Origin: the human T2T-CHM13v2.0 reference genome, Homo sapiens
Reading direction: 5' to 3' (one strand)
DNA length: 64,000 nt
Assembly: GCF_009914755.1 (NCBI RefSeq)
Contig: NC_060932.1
Position numbers and translations under genes: made by a program. Of the stretch, positions 27,785 to 43,162 are shown in pieces. The notes under the pieces are model-generated. The model did not search any database. It was given only the letters and a program-made list of their open reading frames with translations, and was not told the DNA's origin. Position 1 is the stretch's first letter; the number at the start of each line of letters is the position of its first letter.

Positions 27785-30488
27785 TGGTCTTAGTCTGTTT
27801 TATTTTTGCTGCTGTAACATATTACCACAGATTGGGTAATTCTTAAAGAAAAAAGATGTATTTGGATCACAATGCTGGAAGCTGGGAATCGCAAGTGCAT
27901 GGCACCAGCATCTGCTTGGCCATCTGGTGAGGGACTTCTTGTTGGGTCATAATACAGCCGAAGGGTATCACATGGAGAAAGGGCATTTGAGAGAGAAAAG
28001 AAAAAGGGGCCAAACTCCCCCCTTTTGTGACTAACCCACTCCTATGATAATTGCTTTAATCTATTCATAAATGTGGTGCCCCTAGGACTTTATCACCTAC
28101 TAAAGGTTCCACTTCTCAACACTGTTGCATTGGGGATTAAGTTTCCAACACACAAATTTTGGAGGACATAGCATTCTACCCCCGGCCTCCAAAATTCATG
28201 TCCTTGTCACAATGCAAAATGCATTCAATCCATCCCAATAGTTTCAGAAGTCTTAAGTGGTTCCAGTGTAAACTCAAAAGTCCAAAATCCAGAGTCTTGT
28301 CTAAATTAGTTATGGGTGAGATTCAAGGTACGATTAATCCTGAGGCAAATTCCCTCCAGCTGTGAGCGTGTGAAATCAAAACAAATTATACTTGGCCCTT
28401 TGTATTTGCAGGTTTCACATCCTTGGATTCAACTAATCGCAGATCAAAAATATATGAGGAAAAAAAATAAAAATAACAATACAAGATAAAAATAATACAA
28501 AAAAGAAAATAATACAGTATAACAACTATTTATATAGCATTTCCATTGCATTAGGTGTTACAAGTCATTGAGAAATGATTATAGTACATGGAAGTACGTG
28601 TGTAGATTATATGCAAATACGATGCCATTCTATGTAAGGGACTTGAACATCCTTTGAGTTTGGTATCCGTGAGGAGTCCTAGAACCACTCTCCTATGCAC
28701 ACCAAGGGATAATTTACCTACTTTCAAAAATAATGGTGGAACAAAGATAGAACAGGCATTCTTATTTCAAAAGGAAGCAACAGGGAAGAAGAAAGGGGTA
28801 ACAGGTCCCATGAAAGTCCAAAGCCCAAAACAGAAAACAATATTATGTCTTAAAGCTGGAGAATAATTGCCTTTGACTCCATGTCCAAAATCCTGGGCAC
28901 ACTGGAGTGGAGTTTGGACCCCTAAGGCATCAGGCAGCCCCATGTCTGTGGTCTTTCCGGGCTGAGTCTACCCAGCAGCAATCATGGGTTGGAGTCTTGT
29001 GCTTGCAGGCCACCATGCTGGTGCCCCTACAGTTCCGTGATCTTGGAAGTGGCTGTGCATGGCATCTTTTGAAATTTAGGTGGAAGAAGTCATGCACCCA
29101 TAGCTCTTGCATTCTGCGCACGTGCAAAATTTGCACCACATAGACACCACCAAGGCTTACCACTTGCACCCTCCAGAGTGGGAGGCCAGGCCACATCTGG
29201 GCCCACTTGAGCCACGGCTGGCACAGTTGAGGGGCACTGCACTGAAACGCAGAGAGCAGAGTCCCAAGGTGGTCCTGGGCAGTGAGCCCATGGAGGGTGT
29301 CCCAGGCTTATTCCCAAACCATTCTGCCCTCCTACATCTCTGGGCCAGTAATGGGAAGCACAGCTTCGAAGGTCTCTAAAATGCCTTTGGGTCTTTCTCC
29401 CACAGTCTTAATAAGTGGTGCCTGGCTCACTTTTATCCACACTAATCACTTTAGGTTGCTTGGCCACAGTCTTGGTGTGCTCTCCTAAAGATGCCTTTTC
29501 TTTCTTTCCAAGGCCAGGCAGCAAATTTTCCAAGTCTTTCTGTTTTGTTTCTCTTTTAACCATAAATTTCACCTTTAAATCATTTCTTTGCTTTCACATG
29601 TCACTATATATGCAGTTAAAACAGCCACAAAGCAGCCTGAAGCTTTGCTGCTTAGATATTTCTTCTGCCAGATATCCTAGTTTATTGCCTCTAAGTTCTT
29701 CATTCCATGAAGTCCTAGGTTATGGATACAAGTCTGCCAAGTTTTTTGTAACTGTATAACAAGGATGGCCTTTACTCTAGTGTCCAATACCTTGTTCCTC
29801 ATTTCTATCTGAGACCTCGTCAGAATGACCTTCACTGTCCATATTTCTATCAACATTCTGGTCACAACCTCTTAACCAATGTCTAAAAAGATTCAGACTT
29901 TCTCTATAGCTCTCCTCTTCTTCTGAGCCCTCACCAGAATCACCCTTAATGCCTTAACCACAGCAATACAGGCTCTTTCTAGCCTGCTCCTCCAAATTAT
30001 TGCAGCCTCTACCAATTTTCCAGTTCCAAAGCTGCTTCCATATTTTCAAGTATTTGTTATAGCAGCAGCCCGGTTTCTCATTACCCATTTTCTGTCTTAG
30101 TCCATTTTCTGCTGCTATAATATAACAGAATACCAGAGTGCATGATTTATCAATGAAAGAGATTTATTTGGCTCAGGGTTCTGGAGGTTAAGAAGTTCAA
30201 AGGCAAGCCTCTAGTGTCTGTTTGGCCACCTGGGGAGTGCCTGGTTGCTGGATCATAACATGGCCAAAGGGGGTCACATGGAGAGAGAGCACACATGAGA
30301 GAGATGTAAAGGGAGCTGAACTCCCCTTTTATTATGACAAACTCACTCCCATGATAATGGCCTTAATCCATTCATGAGGGTGCTCCCATGATCTCATCAT
30401 CTCTCAAAGGTCCCACTTCTCAAGACTGTTGCACTGGGGATTCAATTTGCAACATATAAATTTTGGGGGACACATTCACACCATATCA
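27785..30488 (-). mobile_element. Full-length MaLR provirus (MST/MLT1A-like LTR-int-LTR)
   Basis: Similar LTRs at ~27785-28173 and ~30093-30488 flank MaLR internal sequence; near-TSD GAAGT/GAGGT; inserted into a MIR-like sequence. Confidence 0.85.
28388..28716 (-). mobile_element. MER2 (Tigger-family DNA transposon) nested in the MaLR internal region
   Basis: Resembles reverse MER2 consensus (...gacttgaacatcc...ggtatccg...gtcctagaacc...); TA-like flanks. Confidence 0.75.
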
Positions 30489-31976
30489 GAGGTCAAAGAG
30501 GTTAAATAACTTATCCGAGGTCACAATCAGTAAGTGACGTGGTCAGCATTCAAACCCAGGTGGACCTGGGCTATTTCCTCCCCTTGGTGATGCTACCTAG
30601 TATATGGTGGGCCACATAGCAAGCACTCAGAGGCAGACTACACATTACTTTCAAAAGCATGGACTCCTTTGGCTCCCAACACCTTTGAGGGATGCTCTTC
30701 ATGTACAGCAGCGATTTTCTAGGTGTGATCACTGACCAGCTATATTAGCATCACCTGCAGACTTACTAGGGATGAAAACTTGTTTTGACTAAATTGCCTA
30801 CTGTCTCCCAGCAATCAGAGTTTTAACAAGCTCTCTAGGTGATTCTGATGTAGTTGTTGGACAACCTTTGATGTCAGACTTTACAGACCAGATAGCATTG
30901 AGAAAGCTGTAAAAGATGGTGGCAACTGAGTGACTGGTAACTGAGTAATTGGTAACTGGCAACTGAGAATGGTCCCTAGGCTGCTGGGGAGGAGCTGCTC
31001 TGTGTTGTAGCTGCTCACTAGTATCGAGACCCTGAGTGGTCAGAGCCTTAGGGCAGGCGATGAATTATCTGCACTGAATACCGACTAACTCAATTAATCG
31101 TCATGGTCAAAAGCACTTGCAACCCATAAAAATTCAATTTGGCACTAGGAGTGCAGCTGGGAGTCTTGCTTAGAATTGCCCCCCCAAAATTAGATTTAGT
31201 GCTTTTTATTGCATGCTGAACTATATCATGTTCTTATCAGCTTCCCCTCTGGCTCCGTAAGCCTCTCCTCCCTGCAGTGATGGAGCAATTTGCACGTAGC
31301 CTTCCCTGTCCTCTTTCCTCAGGGTTCCTGGGAAGGGCTAGATCCTCCTCTCCAAGCTCCTCTCTAAGTCGCTGCATGAACAAAGGAAGCTGGAACCCTC
31401 TCTCCTGGGCCCATAGCTTTTCCTAAGTGAGTGCTACATACACCCCTTTTTAGAGGTAAAAAAGATAACCAAAGGGTAGTCTTGAGGATGAGGAGCTGAA
31501 GGGAGGAGAATGTGGATGGTAATGGTGCACATTAATATTGTACAGGGTACAAAGCATTTTCACCTCATATGTCATTTATTCATCCAATTTCTCTTGAACT
31601 AGATAGTATTTTGATGCTCATTTTAGCAATGAGAAAAGTGATGCTCAGAGGGTTTAAGGCATCTGCACAAGTTTTCACAGAAAATCAAAGGAGCTGAAAC
31701 CAAAACCTGAATCTTTGGACTGGAAATCATTAATCATCCTACTACACAGCTAGGTATGTGACCTCTCCATAGCCCCTTTCATCCTCTCTCACCCTCCCCT
31801 TTCTCAGACTGCTTCTCTGAGGGACCACACACCCTCTTGGGCTTGATTCATGGGTGTGGACGTGGGAGGTCATTCTACAAAGGAAGCATGTTGTCCCTGT
31901 GTGACACTGAACGAAAGGACTCATGGCACCCACCTCCTCCTGCCAGGCCCTGAGCGGGGGTGCTGAGGTCACTTAC

Positions 31977-32072
31977 CCAGCTGCCACTTGGGGGAGCACA
32001 TGGTCTGCATCATCCAGATGGGCAGTGTGGGCTCCAGGATGGCCACCCCCATGTTGGCAAAGCAGATGGACC
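31977..32072 (-). CDS. SLC18A1: VMAT1 exon 10 ([32 protein letters not shown])
   Basis: Acceptor cccAG after an 82-nt intron; donor G|GTAAG; 96 nt (cumulative 1015). Confidence 0.98.
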
Positions 32073-32154
32073 CTGGGGAGACTGTTCTGTGAGCAGCCGT
32101 GGCTGCTTGAAGCCCAGACACTCCCCGCCCAATGGGAGGTCATCGCCAGCTTAC

Positions 32155-32215
32155 CTGCAGCCACCAGGATGTAAGGGTCTTTGAGAAGCATAAAGAGGGG
32201 AGTCCCCTTGGCACT
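32155..32215 (-). CDS. SLC18A1: VMAT1 exon 9 (SAKGTPLFMLLKDPYILVAA)
   Basis: Acceptor ctcAG, donor G|GTAAG; 61 nt (cumulative 919). Confidence 0.98.
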
Positions 32216-33376
32216 CTGAGAACATGGATAACAAAAAATGTCCATTTGTACAGTGCATACATCTCTCCTATTTTCACAGAATCTGAGAAAGTACAATTAT
32301 GGGCTTAGAGACCATCTACAGTATCTCCTTTACTGCAGAGACCAGGAACCCCAGTACAGGGAGAGAAAGTGACTTGTCTGATGCCACAGAGGAAGCTGGA
32401 GGCAGGACCCCTCCTGTGTGAAAGGTAGGCACTGTAATAGTCACAGATAGAGAAGCAACATATTCCAGCCATGGTTCCTGCCTTCACGTGACCATCAACA
32501 AGGTCAGAGTGGATTGGTAGCAAGGTCAGGGTTGGACAATAGATGTCTGGACTCCTGGTTTCCACTAGATCTCCCTGGTACTAATATTTGTCCTGGGAGA
32601 ACCACAGGCAGAGCACCGAATCCCAAAAGCAAGCACAGAAGCCATAACTCAGAAAGCCTCTCAAGCTTTCTGAATTCTTCATTCTGATCATTTTGAGCCA
32701 CACTGAACTAAGGTAGAAGAAGCAGGGTTAAAATACAGCCTAAACATCCAGGACCCACTCTCGTCAGGACACACTCTCATCTAAACTTGGTCGCCCCACC
32801 CTCTTTCCAAGCATCCCAGCAGTGCCTCAGCCATCATTATTGCCTTTGCCTAAACTACACGTTCTGAGCTTCTCCATAGTTCCATGTTCTACCCACTCTT
32901 TAAAGTCAAGCTTAAATGGCTCCTTCTTTTCTAGAGAGCTCCCTGACTCAGTAGCTGGGGCTTCTCTCTCTTCCAGACATCCTGAACACTATGTCCTAAT
33001 CCTTCATGGTGTTTACTACTTTCTATCTTGTAATAGATTGGATCATTTTGGTATGATAACCCTCTCTGCACACACACAATAGTGGATTGATAAATTTAGA
33101 GATCCTAAAACTAAAGAGATCATTCGCTTACCCAATTATTATTCGAAGTAAAGAAACTGATGTAAATCATTAAAATATACATTTAAAAGTACAATAAACC
33201 CTTTGACCCAACAGTCCCACTTCTAGGAATTGACTCTAAAGATTAATGACAACATTATAAACATGCAGTCATGCAAATTACAGCACTATTTATAACTATA
33301 AAATACTGAAAACTACCTAAACATAGGAGATGGAATAAAATATGGCGCACACACTATTGTGTACACATACAAAATT

Positions 33377-33384
33377 GTGTGTGG

Positions 33385-33439
<55 letters not shown>
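33377..33439. repeat. (TG)n(TA)n compound microsatellite
   Basis: Read directly. Confidence 0.92.
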
Positions 33440-33441
<2 letters not shown>

Positions 33442-33796
33442 ACCAGGTGGAAAATAATAAGGAAAGATTCTGTGAACTAGTAGAGTAATTTTCAGGACAT
33501 ATTATTGAGAAAAAAAGGAGAACGCAAAAAAAAGAATACATAGTGTGCTGCCTTTCATATAATAGAAAAGGGAAAAATAAGAAAACACATAAGCGATTTA
33601 TTTTGAGGAAAAAACACTAAGACACAGGAAAGACAAACCAGAAGGCATTAAAATTGGTTACCTACGAGTGGTAGGGGTGGGAGAGGGGGAGGGTTAGAAA
33701 GACTGGAGGGATTGACACTTTCTGAGTACACCTTTTGGAATAATTTTGACTTTTAGGTGGTAATGTCCTATATATTAAAAAAATAAATTATATTAG

Positions 33797-34200
33797 TGTT
33801 ATGGGCTGAATGGAGTCCCCCCACCTTAGTCAAATTAGTATGTTGAAGTCCTAACCTAATATGACTGTGTTTGGAGACAGTATCTTCAGGGAGGTAATTA
33901 AGGTTAAATGAGGTCATAAGAGTGGGGGCTCTAATCTGAAAAACTGTTTTCCTTATAAAAAGAGGAAGGGACATCAGGGCTCTCTTCCTCTGTGCATGCA
34001 CACTGAGTAAAGGCCATGTGAGGACGCACTGAGAAGGTGGCTGTCTGCAAGCCAGGAAGAGAGGCCTCACCAGAAACCAACCCTCAACAGTACCTTGACC
34101 ATGGACGTTCAGCCTCCAGAGTCGTGAGAAAATAAATATGTGTTGTTTAAGCTACCCAATCTGTAGTATTTTGTTCTGGCATCTTGAACAGACTAAGATA
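33797..34200 (+). mobile_element. MLT1-type MaLR LTR
   Basis: tgttatgggctgaat ... aataaatatgtgttgtttaagc ... gactaagata. Confidence 0.75.
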
Positions 34201-34702
34201 ATTAGCCAGAATGGAGAAAAAAAACTAAAACTAAATGCCAAAAAAAAAAAACCCCACAAATGGATGCAAATGAATTTCAAATGTATCATGCATTACATAA
34301 TCACACTAAAGGTGGAAAAAAGAACTAATGGAAGTACGGTAATTTCTAGATACAGTATTTGGCTATATTCATTAAGTCTAAGGGAAAAAGAACTGAAAAG
34401 TCTTGAATATTTCTTGGTAGCTTTGTTTTTTATAATGGCATGGGTAAGTATTATAGAATTATACAAGTAAGTAAATTTTTTAATCTATTTGTAAAATAGG
34501 TGTTTCACCTATTTGTATAATAGGGGGAGACAAATTTCTTACTTTGAAAGAAGAATACATGTATGGAATGGGGCAAGCAGGGAAAAATCCCGTGGAGTTG
34601 GGCTGGAAGTGGAGGTCTCAGTACAAACTTGTGTGTGTGTATTAGCTCTGTCATCAAGATGGCAGGGAAACAAGGTGACCCCAATGGCAAAGAGCACATT
34701 GA

Positions 34703-36998
<2,296 letters not shown>

Positions 36999-38212
36999 TT
37001 ATGGGTGCCTCACTTTCCTGGAATCTCAAGCTGGATTTACTTGCTGAGTAATTCACCACTGCTGCACAGTTAATAATAAACAGTGGCTGAACCACCTGGA
37101 TGAGTGTCCCTACGCCTGGGCCAGGGCTGGAGGGGTGCTGGGCCCAAGCATATGCCAGGCCTGGGAGCCTGTGCAGAGGGTATTTGGTGCTCCTTGCCCT
37201 GAGAAGTCCTGGATGGGTGGTGGTTATGACTTCCCTCTCCAGGACCCAGACATCCTACTCCTAAAGCCAGTCTGTAAAGAGCAGAGCATCTCAGGAGACT
37301 GCGGGAGGCTCCTAGTTGCTCTGGGGGAATTGGCACTCTAAAAGTATTGATTATGTCATAGTTTCAAATTCTTTCAGATGCTTCTCTGTTCACCCTCGAT
37401 TTCATTATCTGTAGAGTGAGGCTAAAAATTGTACTTATTTCATGGAATGTGTAAGATGCAGCATAGATGGCGCACTAAGCTGAGCTCCTGGTGCGTGAAA
37501 AGCCCTGAAGAATGATGAGGTGTTAGTGTCATGACTTCCGGAATACCTTGACAAGCTGTGGAATGCAAAGTCAAGGCCTTTAGATCAAACATTTTTACAC
37601 TTGATGCACTTTCTTACTTTTTTTCCTTCGTGGTGGGATATGGATTTTCTAGAGCCGTTTTTGGCTTAGAGTCAAACAAGTACCAACTCTGATATTTATT
37701 AACTGTGACAGAATGACAGTTAGGGATATTCACAGAGGATGTCTTTTATTGCAGAAGATGTTGTCTAGGTGGCCCCCACAGCCTTCATCTCTGAGATGAT
37801 GTTACAGCTCCAAATACTCAGTCCCCAATGTCATTATCTCCTAGCTATAATTACATGTGTGTGTGCACATATATATATATATATGGAGATCTCCAGATAT
37901 ACATGAATATATATATACACACCCCATATATGTGTCGAATATATAGATAGATAGATAGATAGATAGATTCTCTATGGCTTCTTTGATTATGCACAAGGTT
38001 CTTCCACCATCTTTGTCCAACATCAAGCCAAATACGTCACTATCCCCCACACTACCTGAAACGTAACCCTATACTGGAATCCAAACACAGTTCTCACTTT
38101 CGCTGACCCTATTCCTCTTCACTTTTCTTCTTATGGTTTGGCAGGCATGCCCGGGTTCCTGCATTCAGCCATCCTGTATAACTGTTAGAAATGGAGCTTT
38201 GTGTCTGCTTAC

Positions 38213-38256
38213 CTCAGGAGAGACTTTGGAAGGCTGTAGGATGCAAAGCTGGAGTG
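38213..38256 (-). CDS. SLC18A1: VMAT1 exon 8 (ALQLCILQPSKVSPE)
   Basis: Acceptor cttAG, donor GAG|GTAAG; 44 nt (cumulative 858). Confidence 0.97.
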
Positions 38257-38514
38257 CTAAGAAACAAAGAAGGTGAGACAGTTCAGCGTGTCTACTGATT
38301 AGCTGGGGGCTCCAATAACAGCTGTAGTGCTACCACCCTATTATGCATAAATTTAACTCCCTGAGTTTCTTCTTTCTTTTCTACAACGGGGCAGTCCTTG
38401 ATCCATCAAAACATGTCCAAACCGCCCATTCTTAGTGAAGACTGACACTACAACATAATGCATTCCCAACCTGACCTGGGCTGTCACCTGCTGGAGGCTC
38501 TGATGGTGACTTAC

Positions 38515-38604
38515 CTCCATCCAGTAGTGCCAGGAAGGCCAGGATGAGGAAGGGTGCAGACTTCCCAACAAACTCGTACATTACACTTCCAAAGGGAGCT
38601 CCCA
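38515..38604 (-). CDS. SLC18A1: VMAT1 exon 7 ([30 protein letters not shown])
   Basis: Acceptor ccAG, donor G|GTAAG; 90 nt (cumulative 814). Confidence 0.98.
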
Positions 38605-38791
38605 CTGGAGAGGCATAGGAGACACAGATTCCAGAGGTGAGGGTGAGTCCTTTGCAGTGAGAATTATCCATATTTACCCCGTGAGCATTTGCAGAAGGCC
38701 TGCTAGGGGCTAAGCTCCACCTGAGGCTCTGGGAATTCAGAGATGGAGACATGATCCCTGTCCCCATCAAGCCCACTTTCTAGTGGAGGAA

Positions 38792-38829
<38 letters not shown>

Positions 38830-38849
38830 ATGTATGTGTGTGTGTGTGT
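38792..38849. repeat. (TG)n microsatellite in intron 6
   Basis: Read directly. Confidence 0.92.
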
Positions 38850-40145
38850 AGGGAGGGACACAAATAATTAAAGCATGGTGAAAGTTTGACAGTAAAATGT
38901 TGCATGCAATGAAAGCACAGTCAATGTCTCAGGAATTTCAGGCAGCCACGAGGGCTTTGCCAAGTGTAGAGTATCTGGAGGGGAAGAAGCTTGTGTGAAG
39001 AACACAGAGGTGTCAGAAAAGAGTGTGTAGTTGGAGAAGAAAAAGAAGAAAGCGGGTGTTAGCAGAGTATGAATATTTGCGAGGAGAAAAGTAGAGCCTT
39101 GCATATGCAGGAACCTTGTATATGCAGATGAGTCATGTACTTGGCCTTGCGGCCTATGGAGAAACATCAGGTGAGAAACATCACCTGCTCTGGGCTCAGG
39201 AAGATTGTTCAGGCAGCATCGTGGTGGAAGGAGGGAGTACACAAGAGGGAGGATGCTGCCAGATTCTAACCCAGAAGTGACAAGGAGCCAGGAGTGGCTG
39301 TTGAGGATCTAACAAGCTTGTTCATTTGGGAGCTTATTCATTTGGGACATGATAAAGGATTTCAAGATGCACAGGGTTTAGCTTGGGCATTTGGGTTGAT
39401 GGATACTAGCAAATAACAGGGATTCTGTTTCCTCTGCTTCCCATGGGGCTAGAGGGTGGGGCATAGGCCGGGGAAGAAATTTCAGGTGTTTTGTTTTCGA
39501 TGAGCTTGTAAGCTCCTAGAGGGCAGGAACTATGCCTGGGGCTTCCCACCCTACAGTACTGGCACTGTGCTTGGCATGTAATAAGTGAAAGCATGTAGCT
39601 TGTCAATTAAGTTGTATGAGGGAGGAGCCTCAAAGAAAGGGTAATTTTATCGTTTGGGGCTTGGGTTTCCAAGCCCAGAAAATCGGAGTCTGTATCCTGG
39701 CTGTGGCGTTTCCTAGCTGTGTGATGTTGGATGGTGTTTTCGCCATTCTTATTTTCATCTCTATAATGGGGAAAATCATTCCTCCTTTCATTCCTGGTGG
39801 TGAGGAATAAAAGAGATTATGCGTGTAACAGATTTAGCAGAGCATCTGGCAGCAGCCATGCTCTGGTGCTGTGTGCATGGGAACCGAGGCGAAGCAGTGG
39901 CCTCTAAATCGGGGAGGCTCACTTCCTCCAACAGGCTGGGCTTCCGGACCTTTCTCCGACGTTTATGTGTTTCCCAGCTTCTTAAGGAGAAGGAAATTTA
40001 ACCTTTTCTCAGTGATATTTCTAAAGGAGTTGAAATAGGATGAGGCCAACAAGGGAAGGAAAATACTCGTCTTCTACACCTCGGGAACACCTGCTTCCTA
40101 GAGTCCCACCCTCCCGAACCCAGAGCTCCAGCTGGTGCCACTTAC

Positions 40146-40238
40146 CCAGCAACCCCAAGGCCAGGCCCCCCAGAGCAGTTCCCATGGCTCGTCCTCTCTC
40201 ATGGTCATCAGTGTAGACACTGGCCAGCATTCCAAGAC
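40146..40238 (-). CDS. SLC18A1: VMAT1 exon 6 ([31 protein letters not shown])
   Basis: Acceptor gcAG, donor G|GTAAG; 93 nt (cumulative 724). Confidence 0.98.
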
Positions 40239-41001
40239 CTGCGCAGAGAGTTACAGATGCAGCTGGCCCCCTGGGGGGCTTCTATCCGCCTCTCAGAGCC
40301 CTTGGTCCCACCCTGTTATCTCTTCAGTGACAATCTTAGCTAGAGTTTCAGTTTGAGGGGTTTTACAAAACTTAACCCGTAGTATTTTTCAAGTACTACC
40401 CTCCCTAGTCCCCCAAGCCCCCACATTGTCCACTCCTGTTCAGAATATTGTTGATAGTGCAAGCCCTCTGGAAGGATAACACAGAAAATCCATTGTCTGA
40501 TTATACCATGTTTCATAACATTTTATCATTTCCTAGCACATTTCCCAAAATGAGGGGTTACAGAGCAGATCAGGGAAAGGAAAATCTAGGCACACAGAGA
40601 CCATTCTATTTAACAGGGGTGCCCAGGGAAGAGCAGGAAAGCACTGCAGACCTGGAAGAAAGTGTGGGCTAGTGCTGTACGGCAGCTGGACCCTCTGGCC
40701 TTCATAGCTATGGGTAAAATGGCATAAAATGCCAACTTCATAAGATTGCATTAGATATTATATTCACCAGTACTTTGAAAACTGTGCTGGTGTTACCAGT
40801 AGTACTAACATGATTATTCCTATAAAGTACTAAGAGGGGGACAGAAAAAGGACCATAGAGTGGCACTAAATGAAAGCCTGCCCTTCTTCATAGCTTCACT
40901 GGAGGCTTGCTCTGACCTGAGCTAGCTGCATCTGAATATTAGCAGAGGAAGTTATGTCAGGCTCAGAGATCTATGGACCCTGTTAGAAACTCTGTAATTC
41001 C

Positions 41002-41322
41002 TTTCTTTTTTTTTTTTTTTTTTTGAGTTAGGGTCTAGCTCTGTCACCCAGGCTGAAGTGCAGAGGCACAATCATGGCTCACTGCAGCCTTGACCACCCA
41101 AGCTCAAGCCATCCTCCCACTTTAGCCTCCCAAGTAGCTGGGACCACAGGTGCACACCACCATGCCTGGCTAACTTATTCTCTCTTTTTTTTAATAGAAA
41201 TAGGGCTCTCACTATGTTGCCCAGGCTGCCCGGGTTGGTCTCAGACTCCTAGAATCAAGCTATCCTCCTGCCTTGGCTTCCCAAAGTGCAGGGGTTACAG
41301 GTGTGAGCCACTGTGCCCAGCC
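41002..41322 (-). repeat. AluJ
   Basis: Alu consensus. Confidence 0.88.
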
Positions 41323-41470
41323 CAATTCCCTTATTTCTGAATCACAATTTCTACCTATCCAGGTGACATTTTCCTTAATTTCTCCATGTAAATATAGGAT
41401 CTGAGGTAGTAAGAGATGTGTGTGTGTGCATGCCTGCATGTGTGTGTGCATGATGAGTTGCCAGTGTTAC

Positions 41471-41554
41471 CTGCAACAGATGAAAATGAAGATCCAATGC
41501 CTTGAAGGGTTCGGGCCACAAAGAGTAGAGTATAGGTCCCAGAAAAAGCAAACA
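41471..41554 (-). CDS. SLC18A1: VMAT1 exon 5 ([28 protein letters not shown])
   Basis: Acceptor ccAG, donor G|GTAAC; 84 nt (cumulative 631); contains the MFS-type RxLQG motif. Confidence 0.98.
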
Positions 41555-42269
41555 CTGGGCAGAGAGAATAGCAAGATAACTGCAGTTAGCAAATTGCCTT
41601 TGCTTCCCCAGCCGCCAGAGAACATGCCCGTGATACTGCAGATATGAGTCTTGATGCATATGTTTTTAATAAAGCATGATGACTGTTCCCTGTTTTTTGA
41701 GTTGTCTTTTCAATCTCCCACTCCTCAGTTTTGCTATTTAAATGGCAAGAAAACTGAGAAACCACAGAAGTATAAACCGAGTCACCACACAGCAGATGGA
41801 AGGCTGAGTCTGTACATCTCTTGCCAAGAACCCAACATTCTGTCCACTGAAATGAGGGATGTCCATGAAGCTCAGTGTCCTAGGCTGGAAACTGGTTCTT
41901 AGATCATACTCCTGGATCGTCCATGTGCAAAATCCAGATCTGGTCTTTACCATTGCTGGGTCCCACAGGATCATCTGGAGTACAGTGACAGTAAGTAGGT
42001 GCTTCGAGGATTATAGGAATTGGGTAGAAAATAATATCTTGTGATACAATCAGATCCTTTTTTATATCTTATATTGAACGATCTTTTAACCAGACAAAAT
42101 CAGCAGGTATTAAATTATACTGAATGCGCAGCTCTGCTAGACTCTGTAGCAAATGCAAAATAAAAATAACATCTAGTTATTGTCCTTGAAGAGAGGCAGT
42201 CTGTTGAAGATGGACACCCAGGAAACTGAGATCCAACAGGAATATGTCATCCAAAACAATAAGAGAAAT

Positions 42270-42722
42270 ATGGCTCTGTCCTGCCAGGCTCCCAGACAGT
42301 CAGACCTAATGGTTATCTCCCCTTGCTCCCTGAACATCTCCATTATCCTATTCTTTTTTCAAGGTTCTGAGATCTCATATTGTTCAAACACACACGCTTT
42401 ATGAACAATTTGTGCAGTTAACGCAATCCTCACAGGGTCCTGAGTCGACATACATCCTCAGTTTACGAAGACCATGGGATTAAGAGATTAAAGTAAAGAC
42501 AGGCATAGGAAATTATAAGAGTATTGATAATTGGGGAAGTGATAAATGTCCATGAAATCTTCACAATTTTATGTTCAGAGATTGCAGTAAAGACAAGTGT
42601 GAGAAATTATAAAAGTATTAATTTGGGGAACTAATAAATGTCCATGAAATCTTCATGATTTATGTTCTTCTGTCATGGCTTCAGCAGGTCCTTCCATTCA
42701 GGGTCCCTGACTTCCCGCAACA
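42270..42722 (-). mobile_element. MER11 (HERV-K11 LTR) 5' fragment in intron 4
   Basis: Reverse complement starts TGTTGCGGGAAGTCAGGGACCC and has the MER11 internal duplication (gatttcatggacattta twice). Confidence 0.85.
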
Positions 42723-43162
42723 CAAAACTAAATCAGAGGGTGCTGGTGGTCAGGGTAGTTAAGTCCAGACATGTCTCACCTCCAATTCCAGAATAATGTC
42801 TCCTAGGGTAAGAATAATCTCCTCGAAGTGTCTGAATCAGAAGAATTGTAATCCCTTTGCCCATTCATTACAGATGTCTTTGGTTGTGTTTTTAATCTTC
42901 TCCCATTACTTCCCGGCAGACATGATCACACCGAACTTCTCCTTGTCTCCCAAAGATGCACATTCTTGGTCTCTTCTTTCCTGGCCACCAGCATCTTTTC
43001 TCAGACTTTGTTATTTCCAGTCTTTTCTGTCTACTCTCCCAATGTCCTTTGAGAATAGAGTGACCCACTCATCTTGGTCTGCCCAGAACTTCCTTGTTTT
43101 TAAAACTGAAACTCAAAATACCCCACAAAAACAGGAAGTCTTACATCCTGGGAAGCCCCTCA

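Noticed and set aside
42480-42665. Internal direct repeat of ~90-100 bp
   Set aside because: Intrinsic to the MER11 LTR consensus.
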